Virus record (IMG/VR): IMGVR_UViG_3300046820_002180
Coordinates: 31,821 to 95,820 of that record
Direction: 5' to 3' (one strand)
Length of the DNA: 64,000 nucleotides
Origin: a virus
Lineage: Duplodnaviria; Heunggongvirae; Uroviricota; Caudoviricetes
Shown: in pieces, positions 45,867-54,945 of the stretch
Numbering within the stretch: position 1 is the stretch's first letter
How the letters are laid out: each line of letters begins with the position of its first letter
Position numbers and translations under genes: made by a program
Notes under the pieces: model-generated
Database searches by the model: none
Seen by the model: only the letters and a program-made list of their open reading frames with translations
Told to the model about the DNA's origin: nothing

Positions 45867-47149
45867 TGAAATTAGTTTTTGAAGATATTGAAAACTTACA
45901 CAACTTTACAAGTTGTCCTGATGTAAATCCGTCAGGTATAAAGAGATTTACATATGCTCCGTTGATTAATGCAACGAATATGTATTTTGGGTTTACACAT
46001 AAAGAATCCTTTTTACAATTTTTGAAATTGAATAACGATGTGGAAAACTATGTTATTCCTGCAGCAGTTAATCACAGTCCTGAAGATTGGACAGGATACA
46101 CATCAAGGGTTAAGAGTTTGTTTGAATATCTTAACCCAAAATACTTGAGTGATTTAAGAAACAAGAAAGCATTACTTTTATTAGACCAAAGTTTCGAAGG
46201 GTACCAATCAAGATGGTTATGGGATTTTTTCCATACACATTGTAAGAAGTATAAAGTACCACCATCAAGTATTGTATATGTCACTGGTAATATGATTGCC
46301 GATGAGATTTATGATAAGTGGTGTATTGAAAATAAAATTAAAGAAAAATTAAAAGTAATCCCATACGCACATTTTGAATTAGATGTTGGGATGACCTGTT
46401 ACCATTTTGATAGAGAAGGAAAACTACCAGATTTCGATACTCATTTAGAATACAAGAAAAAGAACAAAAAGAATATTAAAAGTTTTTCTTGTTTGAATAA
46501 AAGAATAAGACCACATAGAGTTTGGTTTTATCGTTATATGTTTGATAATGATATTCTAAAAGATGGTTTGGTTAGTATGAATCAATTTCCTAAACATCAG
46601 TATCCATTTGAAGGTGAATATATGTCAGATGAGGTTGTTGATAAAATATATGAACCATTACCATTGTTAATATATGAGAAACCCAATAATGAATTTGACG
46701 ACAACTACTACATTAGGAGATTAAATGAACAGATTTGTTTAGATAGTTGGGTTAGTGTTGTAAGTGAAGCACATTGTGGTGATGGTGACGAAACGATGTT
46801 CTTAAGTGAAAAACTTTATAAACCGATTGCTTGTAGACATCCTTGGATGGTGATGGGTAATAAAGATAGTCTTGCAATGATGAAGAAAATGGGATATAAA
46901 ACATTCTCTGAATTCTTAGACGAAGACTACGATAGTTTACCAACACACGAGAGAATGAAAGCAATTATTGAAAGTGTTAAAAAGACAATTTCAGTTAAAA
47001 ATAAAATGGAATGGTTCAAGTCAATGAGAGAAGTTGTTGAACATAACCATTCAAATCTAATAAATAAATTATATCGATTACCTGATTCCTTTGTAGAATT
47101 TCAAAAGTATCATAATCAATATTTTAACATCAAACAGAATTTAATATGA
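45866..47149 (+). CDS. Putative GT-B glycosyltransferase-like protein (family of three in window)
   Basis: CLNKRIRPHR, VSVVSE, FLSEKLYKPI, GYKTF...DEDYD; shared with 52502-53785 and 55996-57267. Confidence 0.5.
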   Translation: MKLVFEDIENLHNFTSCPDVNPSGIKRFTYAPLINATNMYFGFTHKESFLQFLKLNNDVENYVIPAAVNHSPEDWTGYTSRVKSLFEYLNPKYLSDLRNKKALLLLDQSFEGYQSRWLWDFFHTHCKKYKVPPSSIVYVTGNMIADEIYDKWCIENKIKEKLKVIPYAHFELDVGMTCYHFDREGKLPDFDTHLEYKKKNKKNIKSFSCLNKRIRPHRVWFYRYMFDNDILKDGLVSMNQFPKHQYPFEGEYMSDEVVDKIYEPLPLLIYEKPNNEFDDNYYIRRLNEQICLDSWVSVVSEAHCGDGDETMFLSEKLYKPIACRHPWMVMGNKDSLAMMKKMGYKTFSEFLDEDYDSLPTHERMKAIIESVKKTISVKNKMEWFKSMREVVEHNHSNLINKLYRLPDSFVEFQKYHNQYFNIKQNLI

Positions 47150-47550
47150 GTGAAAGAAAATATCTACCAACATTGGCGGAATTAGTCGACAGGTTGAGTA
47201 TATCACAATTAAAAGAAGTTTTTATTACGGAGCACAAAGAAGAATATGGTCAGGAAATTAGTGACATTTTACACGACATTCAATTACTACTTGATGACAA
47301 TGATGGGAAAATTACCGCCGAAACTATTAGAGCTATTGTTGTTTTATCTCAGATGAATTTACATATTTGGCACAACGAATCAAACTATCGTAAAGGAATA
47401 AAAGAAGGTAATCAATTAGAACTAACACACGGATTGAATGGTATTAGAAATACCGCTAAAAACAAAATACAAGAAATTGTAGGTGGTAGAAAAGATTACA
47501 AAATTGATTGTTTAGCTGCGGAATTTAAAGATTGGGAAATTAGTTGGTAA
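47146..47550 (+). CDS. Hypothetical helical protein
   Basis: 134-aa ORF starting with TLAELVDRLSI. Confidence 0.6.
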   Translation: MSERKYLPTLAELVDRLSISQLKEVFITEHKEEYGQEISDILHDIQLLLDDNDGKITAETIRAIVVLSQMNLHIWHNESNYRKGIKEGNQLELTHGLNGIRNTAKNKIQEIVGGRKDYKIDCLAAEFKDWEISW

Positions 47551-47597
47551 CATTTACTAATAGATAAAAAATAAATAAATTATACAAAAAGAAAACT

Positions 47598-48374
47598 ATG
47601 TTCAAACATTTAACAGAATTAGAAATCCAACAAATGACATTTGATTGGAGATACAAAGGTTGGACAGTATTGGAATTGTTAACCGAAGACGAATGTGATG
47701 CGGTTAATGATGAATTGGACCGATTAAGAAATGAAAGGTCTAAAACTACAACTGAAGATGGTAAAGAGTGGGGTGAGTGGGACCCATTTGCCTACCCACA
47801 TAAAATTTCACCAATGATTGAAAAATTATTCTGTCATCCTAAAGTATTAGAAGCTTGTGAGTTTCTTATGGAAGGTAGAACAGTGGGATTACAAACTTGG
47901 TGTTATTTCAAACCACCGGGACAATTAGGTAGAGATATGCACCAAAACGCATTCTACACTGGTTGTAAACACAATGAGATTATTAACACTGCTATTGCGT
48001 TAGATAACCACGACCCTGAGAACGGTGCGGTATGGAATTACGAAGGTTCACATAGATTACCTACATTAGGAATTGAAGTTGACGAAGAAAGAACTAAAAC
48101 CAATCCAACATTTTGGAGAAACGAAAGAGGTAAACCTTGTGTAATGCCTGAAGGACACGATTTCAAAAAAGTTGAAGGTTTTTTAAGAAAAGGTCAAGTA
48201 GTGTTGTTACACTCACACGTTGTTCACGGCTCTGAACCTAACAATTCAAATAGAATGAGAAGAAACTTATTGGGTGGATATCTTAAACAAGGTGCACACT
48301 TCAATCAAGGAGGTCATATGAAAAGAGAACCAATTGATTTACAAGAATTACGTAAAAAACATTGGGGAGAGTAA
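47598..48374 (+). CDS. Phytanoyl-CoA dioxygenase (PhyH) family 2OG-Fe(II) enzyme
   Basis: YFKPPG, MHQN (HxD variant), IALD...ENGAV...GSH, HGSEPNNSNRMRR. Confidence 0.85.
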   Translation: MFKHLTELEIQQMTFDWRYKGWTVLELLTEDECDAVNDELDRLRNERSKTTTEDGKEWGEWDPFAYPHKISPMIEKLFCHPKVLEACEFLMEGRTVGLQTWCYFKPPGQLGRDMHQNAFYTGCKHNEIINTAIALDNHDPENGAVWNYEGSHRLPTLGIEVDEERTKTNPTFWRNERGKPCVMPEGHDFKKVEGFLRKGQVVLLHSHVVHGSEPNNSNRMRRNLLGGYLKQGAHFNQGGHMKREPIDLQELRKKHWGE

Positions 48375-48377
48375 AAT

Positions 48378-48405
48378 AAAAAAGGGACTTATGGTCCCTT
48401 TTTTT
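48378..48405. terminator. Bidirectional intrinsic terminator between convergent operons
   Basis: AAAAAAGGGAC-ttatg-GTCCCTTTTTTT. Confidence 0.8.
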
Positions 48406-48952
48406 ATGCTTCGTAATATAATTCAGGATATTCTACAATAACGGATATTCCACCCTTTTCATATACCGTTTTGTAGGTCTCTTCAATATCTTTCCACGAC
48501 CTTAAATCATAGAATTTAATATTTGGACACATCATCTCATATGATGCTAAATAACTACCTCTATGTTGATGACCAGGGTCTAATGGTTTATCGGAACCCT
48601 TACCTAATCGAATAATCATATTAGGATTCCATTCGTGGTTACTCATCAGTTTAATCTTATCTACGTGATTTACCAATTGATTAGTTGCACAAATTAAAAA
48701 ATCCCATCGAGGATAAAATGTAATAACAGTTTTACCAGCCATTGACATACCTAAACTCATTCCCATTTGTGATTCTTCCATAACAGGAAGTTCAATTAAC
48801 TTATCTTTTGGAACTTCTCCGATAGTTGTACTCATTGGATTACCGTGCCAAAGGATTTGCTGACCCAAGAAGACTGTATCTTCTTGTTGACCAAGGTAAG
48901 TCATTGATTTAGTTAAAGCGTCCTTATATGGGGTGTATTGTGGTGAACTCAT
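48404..48952 (-). CDS. TPP-enzyme E1 beta/transketolase pyrimidine-binding domain (short)
   Basis: ELPVMEESQMGMSLGMSMAG, NQLVN, GHQH; lacks the usual C-terminal domain. Confidence 0.8.
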   Translation of the reverse strand: MSSPQYTPYKDALTKSMTYLGQQEDTVFLGQQILWHGNPMSTTIGEVPKDKLIELPVMEESQMGMSLGMSMAGKTVITFYPRWDFLICATNQLVNHVDKIKLMSNHEWNPNMIIRLGKGSDKPLDPGHQHRGSYLASYEMMCPNIKFYDLRSWKDIEETYKTVYEKGGISVIVEYPELYYEA

Positions 48953-49758
48953 AATGATTCTATTTTTTTGATTACAGCATCTGCAATTATTCTATGACAT
49001 TTTTTGGATGGGTGAGAATCTTTCGGTGGATGTTCTCCTAATTCGTCAAAATCATCTCTAACGGTTAAACCATTATTAAGTCTCATCATATAATCGATAT
49101 TTGTATATTCAGTACCGTTATAATTTAGATAGACCATTCTGTCGTGTAAATAAGGGTCTTCCTTAACATACTTAACATAGTCATCTTGCCAATTAACAAT
49201 TATACATTTGATACCCTTACTCTCCAAAAGTTCAAACATTTCTTTAATTTTTTTAACTTGTTGTTTACAATGTTCAACATACCATTCAGGAAAACCACCA
49301 ATACCATTTTCTTCCATCCACTCAAAGAAGATTCTTTGGATTCCTTGAGATGAACCAATCCAATTCATTTTGTGGTCATTTCCCTTATGTGTAAATGTAA
49401 ACGAACATCTACCTGGTTGACTGGTTTGAAAAACTGCATATCCTATCTCTTCATATGAAAATTTCTCCTCAAGTAAGTGTGTTAATCCGTTTCTATTGGT
49501 AAAAATGTAATCTAAAAACAATAACGATTCATCCTCACTACCACCATTTTCTTTTTTAACAATTTCAAATGTTTCAAAATGATTTGCAACTAATCTTGGA
49601 AATCTTAAAGTTGCCATAAAACGTTTGTGAGCATCCGTTACTAATTTTTGTTCATATTGTTCGGGTGCCGGTTCCTTAACAGTCTCCATTTTTGAATAAT
49701 AATAAAGACCTTGACCCCAAGTAAATGAACAACCAGCAAATACTATTCCCTTTTTCAT
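48949..49758 (-). CDS. SGNH/GDSL-like hydrolase or acyltransferase
   Basis: FAGCSFTWG block I and DSHP block V. Confidence 0.55.
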   Translation of the reverse strand: MKKGIVFAGCSFTWGQGLYYYSKMETVKEPAPEQYEQKLVTDAHKRFMATLRFPRLVANHFETFEIVKKENGGSEDESLLFLDYIFTNRNGLTHLLEEKFSYEEIGYAVFQTSQPGRCSFTFTHKGNDHKMNWIGSSQGIQRIFFEWMEENGIGGFPEWYVEHCKQQVKKIKEMFELLESKGIKCIIVNWQDDYVKYVKEDPYLHDRMVYLNYNGTEYTNIDYMMRLNNGLTVRDDFDELGEHPPKDSHPSKKCHRIIADAVIKKIESL

Positions 49759-50732
49759 TAATTAAATTCGTTTTTGTTTTCGTTATACCATTCATAGGCT
49801 TTTTCTAAACCTTCAGATAATGAAGTTTTAGCCTCCCAACCTAATTTATCTTTTATTTTATTTGAATCAATTTTTCTTGTTGGAATCATTGAAGGTTTCC
49901 CACTAATAAACTCAGTAGGGGCATCATAGTTTGCAATTTTCTTCATCTCATCTAAAACCTCAAGTACCGAATAAACTTTATTTGAACCAACGTTATATAC
50001 TTGGAACATTTCAGTTTCATTTTCCATCACAACTTGTAACGACTCAACAAAATCTTCAACATATAGTAAGTCTCTTAATTCAGTACCATCACCCCAAACA
50101 GGAATTGGATTTAATTGGTCGGCAACTTTACGAATAGTTGCAGGTGTTACGTGACACTTATTGAAATCGTACTTATCGTGAGGGCCAAACAAATTGGCTG
50201 GTCTGATGACCGTGCATTTCATTGTTCGTGGTAAGTATTTTGCATACAATTCACATTGAACCTCAGCGTATCGTTTCATCCAACCAACGGGGAAATAAAC
50301 GGGGTAAGGTTCATCAAATAAGAAATCAGTCTCAACTACAGGTTCATCACCTTTAGGTGGATACACAGTGTTCGATGAAATAAATACATAATGTTTAACG
50401 TTATTTCTCCAAGCAGCATCAATTAAAAAATTATTCATTGCAACATTTGGAGTTACGTGAGCTAATGGGTCATTGACAGTATCAACAGCGTTTGAAGTAG
50501 ATGCGGCACAATGAAAAACAACATCAACATCTTTGGTAATAGTTTTACAACCCTCTTGTGTTTGTAAATCAGAATACCAATACTCTACATCCATATGTTT
50601 TATTCTTGGTTCTCTAGCGTGTAAAGAAACTCTTATGTTGTTGTATCCTTCGGACACTAATCTATTTGTTAAGTTTTGCCCAACCAAACCAGAACCACCG
50701 GTTATTAAAATTTTTGAATTTTTATTTATCAT
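49758..50732 (-). CDS. GDP-L-fucose synthase-like NAD(P)-dependent epimerase/reductase
   Basis: TGGSGLVG, HCAA, SSNTVYP, RPANLFGPHD, VWGDGTELRDLLYVED. Confidence 0.82.
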   Translation of the reverse strand: MINKNSKILITGGSGLVGQNLTNRLVSEGYNNIRVSLHAREPRIKHMDVEYWYSDLQTQEGCKTITKDVDVVFHCAASTSNAVDTVNDPLAHVTPNVAMNNFLIDAAWRNNVKHYVFISSNTVYPPKGDEPVVETDFLFDEPYPVYFPVGWMKRYAEVQCELYAKYLPRTMKCTVIRPANLFGPHDKYDFNKCHVTPATIRKVADQLNPIPVWGDGTELRDLLYVEDFVESLQVVMENETEMFQVYNVGSNKVYSVLEVLDEMKKIANYDAPTEFISGKPSMIPTRKIDSNKIKDKLGWEAKTSLSEGLEKAYEWYNENKNEFN

Positions 50733-52501
50733 ATTAAACTTTTTTTAATTTTTTTTACATCATTAGTTTGTGGTATATGAAATGGGTTACCATAACATAC
50801 ATCGGTATCTGGTTCCCACACTTCTTCTATTTTTTCAGTACCATTATATCTTGCAGGTGGTGAATACGGTCTAACTTGAATGAAATTAATGTATGTAAAT
50901 CTTTTAAAATCATTCTTAACCATTTCAACTGCGTGATTTGAATTATTTTTTGAGAAATCTAACATTGCAAAATTTAAATGGATTGGAATTACTTCATCAT
51001 AATACCCCTTATCTTGTAATATTAATTTTCCTCCACCATCAATATAGTCTTTTTCGTGTGATAAGTAAATTAATACCACACAATATCTATCAGGATTTTG
51101 ACCATCAATATGAGGTTCAATAAAGTCACCATTTTCATAAATGGTTATACCGTCATTATGCCCAATATTCCATTCTTTTACTTCAGGATATATCTTATGA
51201 ACAAATCTTGATACCTTATCTCTAAAATAGAATATATCATCATTGAAATTTCCATCACTATCCCTCAACTCCCACCAACGTTGAACAATGTCCCAACCTT
51301 TTTCGGCAACGAATTTTTCTCTTTCTTCTATCTCATCTGCAGGTATTGTCCTAACGTAATCAAATCCTTTTTCGGAGTAATCATTTGGTACTCTAAATTC
51401 AAAACGATATCCATAACCTTTCTTATCTTCAGATTTTTTTCTAATATTTTCTAATCTTTTTAGATAATCATCCCACTCGTGTTTTTTGATGAATTCTTTA
51501 ACTTTACCAACATAAAATCCTTTTTCAAGAAACTCATCAATGTCCATATCCAATTCAAGTTTACCATAATGTTTTTCATAGTAACTATATGTTCTTCTAA
51601 GTGCTTCTTTAAATCCTACAAAAGGTAATAGTTGGTAACCGTTCTGAAGACTCGTATCCATTTGTCTACGCATATCTCCATTTGGTTTAGTTTTATCCCA
51701 TTTAATGGTTAAATTTTTACCACTAATTTTAATAACCTCTTCAATCATTGATTGAATCGTTATTGTTTCGCCAGAACCTAAATTAACAACATCATTTACC
51801 CTATTCTTATAACAATTTAAAATTGCAACTGCAACATCATTAGCATAAATAAAATCTCTAACAGGTGTACCATCCCCCCAAGCTTCAATCTCACCACCAT
51901 CCTCAGCTTCATATACTTTCTTAATGATACTTGAGATTACTGTACCATTACCACTCCAATCATCATATTCACCAAATATGTTAGCGGGTCTAACAATGGT
52001 CCATTTCTTATATCCATATTGTTTTCTATACGCACCTACCAATAACTCACCAATTCTTTTTGACCAAGCAGGAAACCAATCATTTTCAGAAGGTAATGTC
52101 TTCCACACATCAGTCTCTAAGAATTTCTCAGCAGGAGAGTAAACACCAACAGAACTTACAAAAACTAACCAAACGTTATTTTTGGCACATTGGTGAATTA
52201 TTTCAGTATTGATTTTTTGTGATGGATATAGAAAGTCCACCGGTTGAGTTTTAGCTTTTAATGGTGAACCCTTAACACCGAAGCAGTTGAATACTGCATC
52301 TGGTTTTTCTTCCTCAAAAAGTTTTGTGACATTCTCCTCATTCATAAGGTCTAACTCATAAAACTTAAACCTATCAGATTCTGGTAAATGGTCCGATTTT
52401 ACTTTGTCGACACCAATAACTAAATGGTTTCTCATAATCGATTCCTTAACCAAATGAACACCGACTAAACCTGAACAACCTGTAATTAAAATTTTTTTCA
52501 T
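50729..52501 (-). CDS. Fusion of Fcl-like NDP-sugar epimerase/reductase and C-terminal 2OG-Fe(II) oxygenase
   Basis: TGCSGLVG, SSVGVY, RPANIFG, WGDGTPVRDFIYAND; then IEPHIDG, VVLIYLS, GGKLIL, HAVEMV...R. Confidence 0.8.
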   Translation of the reverse strand: MKKILITGCSGLVGVHLVKESIMRNHLVIGVDKVKSDHLPESDRFKFYELDLMNEENVTKLFEEEKPDAVFNCFGVKGSPLKAKTQPVDFLYPSQKINTEIIHQCAKNNVWLVFVSSVGVYSPAEKFLETDVWKTLPSENDWFPAWSKRIGELLVGAYRKQYGYKKWTIVRPANIFGEYDDWSGNGTVISSIIKKVYEAEDGGEIEAWGDGTPVRDFIYANDVAVAILNCYKNRVNDVVNLGSGETITIQSMIEEVIKISGKNLTIKWDKTKPNGDMRRQMDTSLQNGYQLLPFVGFKEALRRTYSYYEKHYGKLELDMDIDEFLEKGFYVGKVKEFIKKHEWDDYLKRLENIRKKSEDKKGYGYRFEFRVPNDYSEKGFDYVRTIPADEIEEREKFVAEKGWDIVQRWWELRDSDGNFNDDIFYFRDKVSRFVHKIYPEVKEWNIGHNDGITIYENGDFIEPHIDGQNPDRYCVVLIYLSHEKDYIDGGGKLILQDKGYYDEVIPIHLNFAMLDFSKNNSNHAVEMVKNDFKRFTYINFIQVRPYSPPARYNGTEKIEEVWEPDTDVCYGNPFHIPQTNDVKKIKKSLI

Positions 52502-53785
52502 TTATTTTTTCTTATTTTCGATTAGTGATGTGAAAAATTCCACATCATCTTTGTTATTTAATAATTCTATCACTAACTTTTTATTATTCTCAAATCTATC
52601 TTTTAGATTGATATAATTTGAAATGAAATTATCTTTATTTTTATATATCCTTTTTACCTCATCAAACAGTTTAAATAATCGTTTTCTTTGGTCCAATTCA
52701 GAATCGTATGAATGGTCTAATATATCTTCAAACACATCAAACCCATAAACATTTTTAACCGTTTTTACGTGGTCCATACTTGCAACATAAAGTGGATATT
52801 GATTAAAGAAAAGAGGTTTGAATGTTTTCTCACTTAAATGGACAACATTATCTCTCTTAAAACAAGATTCCGTAGTTATGTTAACATATGAGTTCTCATA
52901 TGTTTGCTTCTCATAAACTCGATTCCATTCAATGTGAAACGGAAGACTCTTTACGTGACTATCCCAATCCTTGTCAAACCAATCAATATTATCCTCATAT
53001 CTACTTTTTTTAATATCAATCTCTTCAAAAAAATCAATCTCAGATTTCATTTTTTGAATTTCCTTTTCAGTGAATAATTCGTGATAAAAAGTGGTTATGG
53101 TTGTATGTTTCATATCCATTTTATGATTCCACCCCATCACCAAAGACCAATCAACCTCTTGTAATAATTTGTTCTTTTTAAGTAAAACTAAAAGCGCGTA
53201 TCTATGAACTTTTGGAGTCCTATTATGTGAAACAAAAAATTCAGATTGTTTATCAGTTATGAAATCAGTATCGTGCATATCTAATTCCTTAGCAACTTTG
53301 ATTGGTAAGAATTTAATTGTATGAACGTTCAAACTTAAATTGTTATCCTCTTTGTACTTCTTTAAATTGTAATTGTTGTTGATAACATATATTTGTTTTG
53401 GGTCTATTCCTTTATCTATTACCCATTTCTCAATTCCAATAACGGTTTCTTCGGTTTCCACCTCGTGTTCATTTAAAAAAATAACATAGAGGTTTGGATT
53501 TTCTTTCAGATGTTTAATTACCTTGGTTGGTAATGGTAATATGTTATGTGCTTTTAGTGCGTGACCAATCTCGTGAATATGACCGATGATATAATAGAAA
53601 TTTTCATCAGGATAATTCTTAACCTCAGTTATCCTAAATCTTTTGAAATTTTTAAATTCATAAAAATTCAATAAACCATCGAATCTTCTGAAATTATTTG
53701 CGCCAAATTCTTTCTCACCATTAATATTTGGATGAGTTGCATTGTGATGCCAATCGTCATAAACTAAATTTAAAAAATTACCCAT
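52502..53785 (-). CDS. Putative GT-B glycosyltransferase-like protein (paralogue)
   Basis: SHNRTPKVHR, VNITTES, LSEKTFKP, GFDVFEDILDHSYD. Confidence 0.5.
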   Translation of the reverse strand: MGNFLNLVYDDWHHNATHPNINGEKEFGANNFRRFDGLLNFYEFKNFKRFRITEVKNYPDENFYYIIGHIHEIGHALKAHNILPLPTKVIKHLKENPNLYVIFLNEHEVETEETVIGIEKWVIDKGIDPKQIYVINNNYNLKKYKEDNNLSLNVHTIKFLPIKVAKELDMHDTDFITDKQSEFFVSHNRTPKVHRYALLVLLKKNKLLQEVDWSLVMGWNHKMDMKHTTITTFYHELFTEKEIQKMKSEIDFFEEIDIKKSRYEDNIDWFDKDWDSHVKSLPFHIEWNRVYEKQTYENSYVNITTESCFKRDNVVHLSEKTFKPLFFNQYPLYVASMDHVKTVKNVYGFDVFEDILDHSYDSELDQRKRLFKLFDEVKRIYKNKDNFISNYINLKDRFENNKKLVIELLNNKDDVEFFTSLIENKKK

Positions 53786-54402
53786 TTACCTGTTCCGTAG
53801 TGCGGCCATTGTTTAATATAATTATACCAAATTACACCCTCAGGCGCTTCAGTTTTTACTTTCCAAGTTTCAATTGTTGGAGTATTAGTTGATACACCAT
53901 TATCCTCAACCACAAATTGAATTGGGAGGTCAAAGTTCTTGGCATATTTGTAGTTTTCCATAAAACCACCAGTCTCGAAAGCCATATCACCAACGAAACA
54001 CCACACCTTATCAGTACTACCTTGTTGTTTCAAAGCCATTGCAACACCAACAGCAATTGGTATAGTACCACCAACAATTGCTGATGAATAAAACTTCTCC
54101 TCTTTATTCACAATTGTAATTGACCTACCTGCTAATATCTCCTCTTCTAACCATTCAGAAGGTACACCTTTTAATAATGCGTGATAATGAGACCTCCAAG
54201 TTGAGAAAACCCAATCTGTTGTTTTAACTCTTTTGAAAATTTCAATTAATTCATCCTCATTACCACCACTTAAATGGATTGGTCCACGAACTCTACCAGC
54301 TTCCCAATGGTCGGCCATTTTTCTTTCAAACTGTATAAGTCCTTCTTTATCCCATAACATCTCCCTAACAATTGGTAGATGGTCATCTAAATTTTTTATC
54401 AT
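53770..54402 (-). CDS. TPP-dependent dehydrogenase E1 alpha-like subunit (short)
   Basis: HLSGGNE, STWRSHYH, SAIVGG, and TPP motif GDMAFETG...VVEDN. Confidence 0.85.
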   Translation of the reverse strand: MIKNLDDHLPIVREMLWDKEGLIQFERKMADHWEAGRVRGPIHLSGGNEDELIEIFKRVKTTDWVFSTWRSHYHALLKGVPSEWLEEEILAGRSITIVNKEEKFYSSAIVGGTIPIAVGVAMALKQQGSTDKVWCFVGDMAFETGGFMENYKYAKNFDLPIQFVVEDNGVSTNTPTIETWKVKTEAPEGVIWYNYIKQWPHYGTGKWVIF

Positions 54403-54944
54403 CTGTCTCTTTTTTGTAATATTGGTTTATCTGTCGGCCATTCCATTTGATACTCAGGGTCATTCCATTTAACTACACCTTGTTCATTTGCATCTACATA
54501 ACCATCTTTATAGAATAGATTATAGTGAAACATACAATCAGTTAGTGCGTAATGTCCGTTTGCAAAACCTGGTGGAACTAATACTTGGTTTCTATCTTTC
54601 TCAGTAATCATAAATGATTCCCAATCACCATATGTCGGTGATGATGGTCTCATATCTAATACAACCAAGTAAATGTCACCAACAGCCGCCTGAACTAATT
54701 TCCAAGTTTTAGTATCGTAATGTAATCCTCTTAGAACACCCTTATATGATTTTGAAAATCTTCCGTGAATTGAGATTTCACTTTTATCATAATGAATGTG
54801 TCTCATCACAGGATGTTCTTCACTATGAAATGTTGTAAAAATTTCACCCCTATATTCTCTATAAATCGAAGGAGTGAAAATTGGTACTTGATAACCAAAA
54901 ACTTTTGATGGAGTTTCAACAAACTCATCCCATTTATTACTCAT
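54399..54944 (-). CDS. rmlC: dTDP-4-dehydrorhamnose 3,5-epimerase
   Basis: SYKGVLRGLHY, KLVQAAVGDIYLVVLDMR, VPPGFANGH, WNDPEY..EWP. Confidence 0.88.
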   Translation of the reverse strand: MSNKWDEFVETPSKVFGYQVPIFTPSIYREYRGEIFTTFHSEEHPVMRHIHYDKSEISIHGRFSKSYKGVLRGLHYDTKTWKLVQAAVGDIYLVVLDMRPSSPTYGDWESFMITEKDRNQVLVPPGFANGHYALTDCMFHYNLFYKDGYVDANEQGVVKWNDPEYQMEWPTDKPILQKRDR

Positions 54945-54945
54945 A

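Noticed and set aside
48404-54402. E1 alpha/beta as a pyruvate dehydrogenase auxiliary metabolic gene
   Set aside because: Both subunits are truncated, separated by sugar-modifying genes, and lack E2/E3 partners in the window; a sugar-branching role fits the context better.
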